Notes: generated by a model not told the origin, from the letters alone. A DNA stretch of 64,000 nucleotides from Candidatus Tayloriibacteriota bacterium (GCA_943350765.1 CALRAJ010000001.1:96689-160688), one strand, 5' to 3'; counted from the first letter of the stretch, positions 48,452-56,746 are shown. Made by a program: numbers and translations.

Positions 48452-49825
48452 TTAGCCCTTATCAAAATCACCAAAATCATTTTTCTCCATACTCATAAAA
48501 GTTGTCTTCTTTTCATCAAAGTATAGTTCTGCCACTCCTGTCGGACCATTTCGGTGCTTTTCTATCATAATCTCGGCGATATTTTTCTTGTCTGAATTCT
48601 CATTGTATTTATCCTCGCGATGAATAAACATCACCACATCGGCATCTTGCTCAATAGAGCCAGAGTCTCGTAGGTCTGAAAGTCTCGGCTTACCACCTCT
48701 CTGCTCGACTGCTCGAGAAAGCTGAGAAAGAGCGATCACGGGAACATCGAGCTCACGAGCTAGATTTTTGAGCGAGCGGGATATCTCCGTGACTTGCTGT
48801 ACGACATTGTCGGAGTTTCTGCTCTGGGTCGGTACCATAAGCTGGAGGTAGTCCACAATAATCAAGCCTAGCCCCTTTTCACTTTTTAGTCTACGAGCAA
48901 TAGATCGCATTTTCAGGATATTATTACCCGGCTGATCATCTATATATATCGGTGCCTTTGAGAGCTTGTCCATAGCATCACGAATACGACTAAAATCCTC
49001 CTCAATCGACAGATTTTGTCCTGTACGAATCTTCCACGAGTCCACTTGAGACTCAGCTGCTAGCATTCTATCTACCAGCTGTTGTGAGCTCATTTCGAGA
49101 GAAAAAATACCGACTGGGATATTGTGATTGATTGCTGTTTTGCGCGCAATGTCGAGTGCAAGCGAGGTTTTACCCATAGAAGGTCGTGCTGCAAGAATAA
49201 TCAAGTCTGACTTCTGGAAACCCGCGAGCTTGTTATCCAGCTCCTTGAAACCTGTCGGTACACCACGCATTTCACCTTTTGTCTTATGTAAACGGTCGAT
49301 TCTCTCCCATGCTTCCACGAGTGTATCCTTGAGCTCAATAAATTTGCTAGTGCCAGAGTAGTTGGTAACCTCAAAAATCTTTTTCTCGGCTCGGTCTAGT
49401 ATATCCTCAAGCTCAGAAGCTTCGTCAAAGCCTAGCTCACCGATATGCTCCGCAGCCTCGATCAGACCACGCATCATCGACTTTTTTTGAATTATTTCAG
49501 CATAATGCTTGGCGTTAGTCGAAGATGGCACGGCATTTACCAGCTCCGTGAGAAAACTCGCTCCACCCACCTGCTCTAGCTGACCTTTTTCTTTGAGACG
49601 AGACGAGAGTGACAAAAGATCTATTGGAGTAGCTTTACCAAAAAGCTCTAACATCGTCTTCCAGATCATTCTATGTTTTTCAACATAAAAAGACTGGGCA
49701 TTTGCGACATCCATAACTTCGTTTATAGCATCGGGGCGAATCATGATAGAACCGAGCAAGGCTTTTTCCGCCTCAATGCTTTGGGGTGGAATGCGGAGTG
49801 GAGCAGGTCGTATTGTTTTTTGCAT
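48452..49825 (-). CDS. dnaB: Replicative DNA helicase
   Basis: PPQSIEAE, LAARPSMGKT, FSLEM, IVDYLQL, LSQLSR, DLRDSGSIEQDAD, KHRNGPTG. Confidence 0.98.
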   Translation of the reverse strand: MQKTIRPAPLRIPPQSIEAEKALLGSIMIRPDAINEVMDVANAQSFYVEKHRMIWKTMLELFGKATPIDLLSLSSRLKEKGQLEQVGGASFLTELVNAVPSSTNAKHYAEIIQKKSMMRGLIEAAEHIGELGFDEASELEDILDRAEKKIFEVTNYSGTSKFIELKDTLVEAWERIDRLHKTKGEMRGVPTGFKELDNKLAGFQKSDLIILAARPSMGKTSLALDIARKTAINHNIPVGIFSLEMSSQQLVDRMLAAESQVDSWKIRTGQNLSIEEDFSRIRDAMDKLSKAPIYIDDQPGNNILKMRSIARRLKSEKGLGLIIVDYLQLMVPTQSRNSDNVVQQVTEISRSLKNLARELDVPVIALSQLSRAVEQRGGKPRLSDLRDSGSIEQDADVVMFIHREDKYNENSDKKNIAEIMIEKHRNGPTGVAELYFDEKKTTFMSMEKNDFGDFDKG

Positions 49826-49942
49826 AGAGCTATTCTAGCACGCCATTTATATTCGCAAAGATAAAAATAGGAAAAGTCTGTGTCTAAGCTGTGTACAAAA
49901 AAACATCTAAAAATAATCAGTTGTACTAATCTAGTGAATTCC

Positions 49943-49996
49943 TCCTCCTTGTATACCATAATTCCGCGACCGCGGAATTATGGTATACAAGGAGGA
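49943..49996. repeat. 54-bp palindrome upstream of PaaX/Cas2-like gene
   Basis: 26-bp arms ending tgtataccataattccgcg, loop ac. Confidence 0.92.
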
Positions 49997-50018
49997 TTGT
50001 TGTTATACTTGTGTAAAT

Positions 50019-50600
50019 ATGTAAAAAAGTGAACAGAAAGAAAAAAGACTTATTAAAATAAATCTGATCCAGAAAGTAATTCTTGATTCTATCATTACCA
50101 CGGGGATTCTATCTGTATCATTAATTGCTCCCAACGCAGTGCGACTTCTTAAATGGGCAGGGTTAGAGAAACGACTCAAAAGAAGCAAGCTTCAGATTAT
50201 TTCTAGAGCCAAAAAAGAGCTAGTTAAAAAAGGCTTGCTTGTGGTAGAAGATAGTTTACATGGAAAAGTTATGAGAATTACGGAGTTGGGTAAAAGTGCA
50301 TTGGAAAGAGAGCTTCTTATTGCAAAACGAGTAGATACAAAGTGGGATGGTAAATGGCGTGTAATTATTTTCGACATCCCAGAGAAAAGAAAGTTGACGC
50401 GAGATAAACTTCGATACAGTTTAGTTTCTGTTGGTTTTATAAAGATCCAAAATAGTGTATGGGTATATCCACATCCATGTGAAAATCTAATCTCATTACT
50501 CAAAGCAGATTTTAAAATAGGAAAGGATGTACTCTACCTTATCGTTGACCAACTAGAGGGAGATTCCTACTTACAGGAACAGTTTAATCTGAAAAAATAA
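50019..50600 (+). pseudogene. PaaX/Cas2-like winged-helix protein, TAA at codon 2
   Basis: RITELG, KWDGKWRVIIFDIPEK..RDKLR..L..GF.KIQNSVWV. In-frame ATG 50019 sits 9 nt after TATACT and is followed by TAA; the frame then stays open to 50600. Confidence 0.7.
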
Positions 50601-50653
50601 TCAAAAATATTTATATACACTATGTAGAACGATTAGATCAAACCATCATAATG

Positions 50654-50713
50654 TAAAAAACTATGTATACACATATTCCGCGGTCGCGGAATATGTGTAT
50701 ACATAGTTTTTTA
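50654..50713. repeat. 60-bp palindrome downstream of PaaX/Cas2-like gene
   Basis: 29-bp arms ending tgtatacacatattccgcg, loop gt. Confidence 0.92.
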
Positions 50714-50806
50714 TTGGTTTGATTGTTTTATTGTAATTGTGGAGAATATCCCGATGGCTTGCCGCGGGGAGTTTTATTTACGATACTATTTGCTATACTA
50801 ATCTCC

Positions 50807-51463
50807 ATGGACTCAATTCATTCGCTAATACAGTATTTTACCGAGCTACCTGGTGTCGGGCCACGACAAGCAAAAAGGTTTGTTTATTTTTTACTGAGTA
50901 GGAATGCTCGCTACCTCGACGAAATGTGTCGGCTGATTCAGGATCTCAAAAACACCATCAAAACATGTACCGAATGTTTTAGATTTTTCCCCAATGACAC
51001 TCGAGATGGTCTGATCTGCAATATTTGCAAAAATATAAATCGAGATAAAGCTAGTCTAATGATAGTCTGTAGAGATGTGGATTTTGAAACAATCGAAAAA
51101 AGTCATTTATACAATGGTAAGTATTTTATCCTCGGCGGTACTGTCCCTGTGCTTGAAAAAGTGCCAGAAAAGAAAATCCGCTTAAATGAACTTTTATCTA
51201 CCGTCGAAAGGCGAGCTGAAACTGAAGGACTCAGGGAAATAATCTTTGCCATGAGTGTAAATCCTGAAGGAGAAAATACTCTCGACTTCCTAAAACAATC
51301 CCTCACACCGGTCACACAAAAGTACAGCATCACAATGAGTGCGCTCGGTCGTGGACTTTCGACTGGCACCGAGCTCGAGTATTCAGATAGTGATACGATC
51401 AAAAATGCGTTGAAAAATAGAGTTTCGGAGCGAAAAAGTGATGACTCAATTATAAAAACATGA
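50807..51463 (+). CDS. recR: Recombination mediator RecR
   Basis: LPGVGPRQAKR, CTEC..CNIC zinc finger, Y.ILGG, NPEGENT, GLSTGTELEYSD..T. Start set at MDSIHS. Confidence 0.95.
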   Translation: MDSIHSLIQYFTELPGVGPRQAKRFVYFLLSRNARYLDEMCRLIQDLKNTIKTCTECFRFFPNDTRDGLICNICKNINRDKASLMIVCRDVDFETIEKSHLYNGKYFILGGTVPVLEKVPEKKIRLNELLSTVERRAETEGLREIIFAMSVNPEGENTLDFLKQSLTPVTQKYSITMSALGRGLSTGTELEYSDSDTIKNALKNRVSERKSDDSIIKT

Positions 51464-51615
51464 AAAAGATTGTTACCATCATTTGTGTCACAATTCTTAT
51501 TTTAATATCTTTTATTTTTAGAGACCGTTGTTTAGGAAGAACAGGGGGTGAGGATAGCAACCCTGATTTACTGACAAAAATTGGACAACTTATGTGTCCT
51601 TACACAAACAAATAA
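51460..51615 (+). CDS. Small membrane-anchored peptide (51 aa)
   Basis: ATGA overlap with recR stop; MKKIVTIICVTILILISFIFRDRC...MCPYTNK. Below ORF-track cutoff. Confidence 0.45.
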   Translation: MKKIVTIICVTILILISFIFRDRCLGRTGGEDSNPDLLTKIGQLMCPYTNK

Positions 51616-51671
51616 AAGCTCAGCAACAAGTGTTTTACTAAAGTGGTCTATGTTGGCTTAATTTTCCTTAA

Positions 51672-51701
51672 CCCCCGATTTTTCTACTGAAAAATCGGGG
51701 G
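51672..51701. repeat. AGTA/TACT-loop palindrome
   Basis: cccccgatttttc-tact-gaaaaatcggggg. Confidence 0.85.
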
Positions 51702-51808
51702 GCTTCCTCATCCCACCGCTCTACAGAGCCATTAATCACCCACCACATCCACAAAACTTGACATTTACATACATAGTATGCTATAATAAGCTGTAGAAGA
51801 TATAAATG

Positions 51809-51952
51809 GTTCTTTGATAAGGATTCGCCGACAGAATAGTGTGTGGGAGATATAAAATAAAATATCGGGTAGTAATTGCTCAACAAATTGATTTTTACCG
51901 CAATGTACCCTCATCTCTTCCCCACTCTTCTGTCGTGTGAACATCAAAAAAC
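51809..51952 (+). ncRNA. Rod-like structured RNA (leader or 6S-like) after strong promoter
   Basis: TTGACA-18-TATAAT at 51758-51787; nested stems tttgat/atcaaa, cgacagaa/ttctgtcg, gggagat/atctctt, gggta/taccc, attgc/gcaat. Confidence 0.5.
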
Positions 51953-52010
51953 ATACGCTGATAGTACCCTTGTCGGGTATGAGTTAGAAAGTCGGAAATG
52001 GAGAAATACT

Positions 52011-52595
52011 ATGAGTCAAGATACTGTCTGTGTGGACGAGGTCGTTATTCCTCTGGACGAAATCGGCACCACGGTTCCGACAGGCGGGGCGATACCGCCC
52101 ATCCTGATCGGAAGTATGAGCAATGTCGAGATGATCGTCCTTAAACATAAGGTCATCCGCGCAAACATCCCTCGGAAAACCTTCGAACGGACCCGCTCGA
52201 CCACGGCCTCACAACCCCGAGGTCTCCAGGTCATCAACAACCTGCCAAATGTCTCGCTGAGGCAGCTATTCCGCGGGCTTATCTGCACGGAATACCTGCT
52301 CAGCGAGGTCAACTACGACTACCTGCCGGTGGTCGCTGGACAGCCACAAATGGCGATGGTAAATGTTGTCTTCATGCACCAATCCATGGTGCGTGGACAG
52401 CTGGCACCGATCAGTCCCCTGACACTGGAGGACATCCACGAGATGATGGCGGTACCTGCACGATGGTGCCACGCCTTCCAGAACCCGGATCAAACGCTCG
52501 TGTTCAACTTTGTTGGGCTGGCAAACAGGATCCGACCTGAAAACCAACTCGTGGTCGAGGACACTCACATCAGGGTGGTTGAATTGAAAAAGTAA
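52011..52595 (+). CDS. Hypothetical protein (orphan cassette)
   Basis: Higher-GC ORF, SD-like ggaga before ATG 52011, terminator at 52644-52680. Confidence 0.65.
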   Translation: MSQDTVCVDEVVIPLDEIGTTVPTGGAIPPILIGSMSNVEMIVLKHKVIRANIPRKTFERTRSTTASQPRGLQVINNLPNVSLRQLFRGLICTEYLLSEVNYDYLPVVAGQPQMAMVNVVFMHQSMVRGQLAPISPLTLEDIHEMMAVPARWCHAFQNPDQTLVFNFVGLANRIRPENQLVVEDTHIRVVELKK

Positions 52596-52757
52596 CCACC
52601 ACAAAAATAGGGAGTCAGACCCTGAAAAATAAACTGATACGCCCCGCGAGTACATGTAGTGTACTAGCGGTTTTTATTTTCATAAATCGGCAGTACAAAA
52701 AACCCCTCTTGGGGTTTTGGTTGTGTAAAAAACGCGTCAATTTTAGACTATCCTGTA

Positions 52758-53075
52758 TTATTTTATAGAATCAATAGCAACACGGAAGAATGGCTGACGA
52801 TGACCGTTTTTCTTAAAATATCGGCTCTTTTGCTTGTACTTGATAACATTCACCTTTGCTTCTCGGCCAATTTCTTTTAGAGTTGCTTCCACTTTTGCAC
52901 CATCAATAAATGGTGTGCCGATAGTGGTGTCTTTGCCGTTGTCTACAAGTAGGACTTTATCAAAGGTAATCTTGTCACCTTCGGCATAAGTACCTGTGAT
53001 TTTCTCAATATCTATAACATCGCCCTTGGCGACCTTGTATTGCTTGCCTCCTGTTTGTATAACCGCAAATTCCAT
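52758..53075 (-). CDS. rplU: 50S ribosomal protein L21
   Basis: FAVIQTGGKQYKV, IGTP, GHRQPF. Confidence 0.96.
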   Translation of the reverse strand: MEFAVIQTGGKQYKVAKGDVIDIEKITGTYAEGDKITFDKVLLVDNGKDTTIGTPFIDGAKVEATLKEIGREAKVNVIKYKQKSRYFKKNGHRQPFFRVAIDSIK

Positions 53076-53114
53076 AGTGCTGGACAGTATATATTAAATC
53101 CCAAATAAGTGCAA

Positions 53115-53345
53115 GCGCCAATTTATAAGGAGCGGAGCGACTTTATAAATTGTGCGTACCGAGGTATTTCCCTCGGTATCGGCCAATAGAGCGAAGCAAC
53201 CTTATGGTTTTTGTATTCTAAGCTCACCAGAGCGTAGTGCAAAGAGCCTAGCAAGGCGTAGGGCAAACAGATAGAGTCACCGAATGTACTGATTTCAGTA
53301 AAGCCATTTTCATCGGCTAAACCCCGTGTTTAGCCGATGAAAAAA
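53115..53345 (+). repeat. Modular intergenic repeat (family 2)
   Basis: gagcg(g/a/t)ag motifs, gctc-ACCA-gagc and gcct-AGCA-aggc hairpins, catcggctaaac palindrome, homologous to 33697-33900. Confidence 0.85.
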
Positions 53346-53374
53346 TAGCGTATATTGAGTTCCATTATTTATCC

Positions 53375-54475
53375 CTACTCCTCCTGTCCAATATCTGGCT
53401 TTTCTATCGCCAAAGCCTCTATACCTGCCGAGGCACCCGTAATACGCAAAACATCCTTATCTATCTTCTGTAGCTCCTTTGAGGCCTTATTATAGTGATT
53501 TACCGTAGTAGAAAGCGAGCTACCCAGTGACCCCATAAACTGCTCATATGCCCCCAAATGCTTGCCCAAGTCCTCTACCCGCTTGCGAATATCCTTTGCC
53601 GACTCTTCTATCTGCAGTGCCTTTAAACCTTGCAAAACTGTCTGAAGATATGCCAAAAATGAAGTCGGGGAAACAATGATCACCCGCTTTTCCTTGAATG
53701 CATACTCTACTAGGTCGCGGGTATTTACCTTTACTGCACCCACCTGCGACACAAGGAGGTCATAATAGATTGCTTCATGTGGAATAAACATAAAAGCAAA
53801 ATCCATAGTATTTTCGGCTGGCTTTACATATTTTGCCGTCTCATCAATACGATTTTTTAAATCATTTTTAAATAGCTTTTCTAAACGCTCACGCTCAAGA
53901 GGATCTTTTTCCTCTACCAGACGATTATAATTTTCAAGCGAAAACTTTGAGTCAATGGGAATGACTTTGTCCTTTACAAAAACCACCGCATCTACAATAG
54001 TACCGTCACTAAAAGGGTACTGCATTTGAAAGTTACCTGGTGGTAGGACATTCTTGAGTAGTGTCTCCAGGTAGTACTCACCGAGAATCCCCCGCTGTTT
54101 TGGATTTTTCAAAATATCCTGCAGACTCTGGAGCTGATCAGCAAATGACACCACTTGCCTATTGGTTTCATCTAGCTTTGTAAGACCCTGTGTTACCTCT
54201 TTTATTAGCTTTGCTGACTCTCCAAACTGACGGTGTATGGTATCGCTCATACCCTTTGCAGACTCAGCCATTTTAGAATCAACAGTCTTGTTTAGCTCGC
54301 CAACCTTTATATCTACGGTACGGGTTAGCTCGTTCATCTGCTGGAGCAAAAGTTGCATACTACTCAGCTCAGTCGTCTCGCCCACACTCTTTTTTCGACG
54401 AATAATAAACACAACGAGGACAATATTCCCTACCACCAAAAGCCCAATTAAAAATATCAATATATTTTGAAGCAT
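53375..54475 (-). CDS. rmuC: DNA recombination protein RmuC
   Basis: NPKQRG.LGE..LE, IPIDSKF, KY.KP..TMDFAFMFIP.EAIY, IVSPT. Confidence 0.92.
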   Translation of the reverse strand: MLQNILIFLIGLLVVGNIVLVVFIIRRKKSVGETTELSSMQLLLQQMNELTRTVDIKVGELNKTVDSKMAESAKGMSDTIHRQFGESAKLIKEVTQGLTKLDETNRQVVSFADQLQSLQDILKNPKQRGILGEYYLETLLKNVLPPGNFQMQYPFSDGTIVDAVVFVKDKVIPIDSKFSLENYNRLVEEKDPLERERLEKLFKNDLKNRIDETAKYVKPAENTMDFAFMFIPHEAIYYDLLVSQVGAVKVNTRDLVEYAFKEKRVIIVSPTSFLAYLQTVLQGLKALQIEESAKDIRKRVEDLGKHLGAYEQFMGSLGSSLSTTVNHYNKASKELQKIDKDVLRITGASAGIEALAIEKPDIGQEE

Positions 54476-54581
54476 TTTAAGATTATACCAATTATTAATC
54501 CATTATGGTAGTATTGGTATATTAAAAGTTGAAGATTTTAAACCAATTATAAACAACCCCCGACAATAATTATAAATAACC

Positions 54582-55037
54582 ATGTCATTACAACAAACAA
54601 TAAAAGACCAGATGAAGCCAGCCATGATTGCAAAAGATGCCGTGCGACTAGGTGTTATCAGAGGGCTTATGGCAGCATTTACAAACGACCTTGTTTCTAA
54701 AAATAAAGATACTCAGGATGCCCTCACAGATGAGGAGACAATGGCGATAATAAAAAAAGCTGTAAAGCAAAGGAAGGATTCTATCGAGCAATTTACAAAA
54801 GGTGGTCGTGAGGATTTGGCTGTAGATGAAAAGGCGGAGCTTGCAATACTTGAGACTTTTTTACCAAAAATGATGGGACAAGATGAGATTAGGAAAATCG
54901 CCGAGGCTTTAAAAGTAAAAATGGCGGTGACAGATAAAGCAAAAATGGGGCAGTTTATCGGTGCTGTGATGAAGGAAACAAAAGGTCAAGCGGACGGTAT
55001 GGATGTAAAAACAGTGGTTGAAAGTTTGTTTGCATAA
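54582..55037 (+). CDS. GatB/YqeY domain protein
   Basis: KQRKDSIEQF.KGGREDL...EKAEL.IL..FLP, MGQ..GAVM...KG.ADG. Confidence 0.92.
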   Translation: MSLQQTIKDQMKPAMIAKDAVRLGVIRGLMAAFTNDLVSKNKDTQDALTDEETMAIIKKAVKQRKDSIEQFTKGGREDLAVDEKAELAILETFLPKMMGQDEIRKIAEALKVKMAVTDKAKMGQFIGAVMKETKGQADGMDVKTVVESLFA

Positions 55038-55051
55038 GACAAAATACCAAC

Positions 55052-55357
55052 ATGCCAGATTCTTTTGAAAAGCTTTTTAAAGAACTCCAAGAGGTAGTAG
55101 ATCGGGCTGATTCTCCATCAGCAAAGAAAAAAATAGAAGAGGCAGAAGCCAAGGACAAAAGTATCGCCCAGCAAAATACTGTCGTTGAGCCAGATACGAG
55201 TGAGACTGTTGAGACATCCATGTCTACTGCTACTGAAACAGGTATATTAGAAGAAAGTCATGGAGAAAAGACTGATTGGTTGAGAAGACATGAGATGGAA
55301 ATGGAAGCGGAAGATGAAAAGCGAGGTCCAGTGCATGGTCCAGATAATGTGGTTTGA
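55052..55357 (+). CDS. Small acidic hypothetical protein
   Basis: 101-aa E/D-rich ORF directly after yqeY-like gene. Confidence 0.55.
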   Translation: MPDSFEKLFKELQEVVDRADSPSAKKKIEEAEAKDKSIAQQNTVVEPDTSETVETSMSTATETGILEESHGEKTDWLRRHEMEMEAEDEKRGPVHGPDNVV

Positions 55358-55378
55358 GAGATGGGGTAATTTAGATCT

Positions 55379-56248
55379 CTAAGACTTCTTGTACACCAAT
55401 TTTCCCAATAGTAATCCGATCAGTAGAGTGATAATGGAAATCCCGATGGTAAGTACTATCGACTTTTTACTCTGTGTTTGGCTGTCTGACTTTGAATCAG
55501 TGTCTGTTGCTATACTCACCTTGTCTGCTTCGTACACTACCAAGTTTCCCTCATTTGGCGTGAGTGCGGAGTTGCCCTTATAAAAATTCGTCATCTGACT
55601 CCTGTCTAGATTAGCGAGACCACTCACCACATGGAGTGTCTCACCTATATAGCCACCCTCAAAACAATCACCTTTTGTTGAAAGAAGTAATACTATCTTT
55701 TTATCAAAACCGGGAATAGCGTAGCCTTGGAAAAGAAATGGTTGGGTTATATTACAACCTACTATTGGAAACTCACTCACTTTTTTATTATTTTGATACA
55801 CAGAAGCGGTAAAGTGTCGGCGGAAAACCTCATTGGTATCAGGGCTGTAATTTTCAGAATCAGCACTGGTAAAAGTAACATCGATTGCGATATGGTTGGC
55901 TTTCAGACTGAGAGGAGTGAGAGGCTTGAGTCCTTCAATCATTTTATTGATTTCATCATTGGCTCCAGAGGAACCATATTCATAACCAGCTTTTTCTCCA
56001 TCATCACACGAGTAAACAATGTCAGTTTTCCCAGAAGCGAGGGAAAGTTTCAGGAGTTCGGGAGGACAGCCTCTGCCACCAGCATTTTGCATAATGTAGT
56101 AAACCGATTCGTTTGTAGGGTTATATGTAAAATTGTGTATAAAGGTCTCTCCACCGACTGTTGCGTAGGTAGGTATAGCGGTAAATAATGAGACAACCAT
56201 GACAACAGCAAACACCCCAAGAATGACTAATTTGATTTGATTTTTCAT
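55379..56248 (-). CDS. Hypothetical exported protein with C-terminal TM anchor
   Basis: Signal peptide, four Cys, C-terminal TM followed by KKS. Confidence 0.7.
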   Translation of the reverse strand: MKNQIKLVILGVFAVVMVVSLFTAIPTYATVGGETFIHNFTYNPTNESVYYIMQNAGGRGCPPELLKLSLASGKTDIVYSCDDGEKAGYEYGSSGANDEINKMIEGLKPLTPLSLKANHIAIDVTFTSADSENYSPDTNEVFRRHFTASVYQNNKKVSEFPIVGCNITQPFLFQGYAIPGFDKKIVLLLSTKGDCFEGGYIGETLHVVSGLANLDRSQMTNFYKGNSALTPNEGNLVVYEADKVSIATDTDSKSDSQTQSKKSIVLTIGISIITLLIGLLLGKLVYKKS

Positions 56249-56329
56249 TTACTAATGATACCACAAAGAGTCGAACTTTGCTATCGCCCAGTATTCCCCT
56301 ACTATATAGGGTAATCCAATTTTAACCTT

Positions 56330-56370
56330 CAACGGCTCACTGGTTTTAAAGCGAAACCAGTGAGCCGTTG
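56330..56370. repeat. caacggctcact palindrome
   Basis: Near-identical arms to 31575-31617. Confidence 0.88.
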
Positions 56371-56401
56371 GACTGAAATAAGCCTGTGTTTATGGGTGTT
56401 T

Positions 56402-56704
56402 TTACCTTTTTTCGTAGTAGACATATTTACCTTCCTTGCCAACCTGTATTATCAATTTTTCTTGCTCTAGCTCATCTAAATATCGGGTAGCGGTGGCATC
56501 GGATACATTTACCAGCCTCTGCACATCGTCGTTTGTTATTCGGGGCTTGGTAACAGAGAACAAACTCATTATCTCTCTCTTATACTCCGCTTTTAGTCTA
56601 ATCCGTTCGGCATCGGGGAGGTTTCTGTTGCTACGGTTGCGGTATGACCAGAGCAAAATAGCGAGGATGAGTAGGGTGGTGAGAATTATGAGTGTGGGGT
56701 TCAT
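56402..56704 (-). CDS. Membrane-anchored winged-helix (DeoR-like HTH) protein
   Basis: N-terminal TM; ITNDDVQRLVNVSDATATRYLDELEQE..I.QVG..G..V.Y. Confidence 0.75.
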   Translation of the reverse strand: MNPTLIILTTLLILAILLWSYRNRSNRNLPDAERIRLKAEYKREIMSLFSVTKPRITNDDVQRLVNVSDATATRYLDELEQEKLIIQVGKEGKYVYYEKR

Positions 56705-56746
56705 GGAGGTAGTATATCAAAAATTAAATAAAATTTGAATTAAACC

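Noticed and set aside
50019-50600. CRISPR-Cas locus suggested by the Cas2-like motif
   Set aside because: No regularly spaced direct repeats with unique spacers anywhere in the window and no cas1 or effector genes; the protein has the PaaX-like layout
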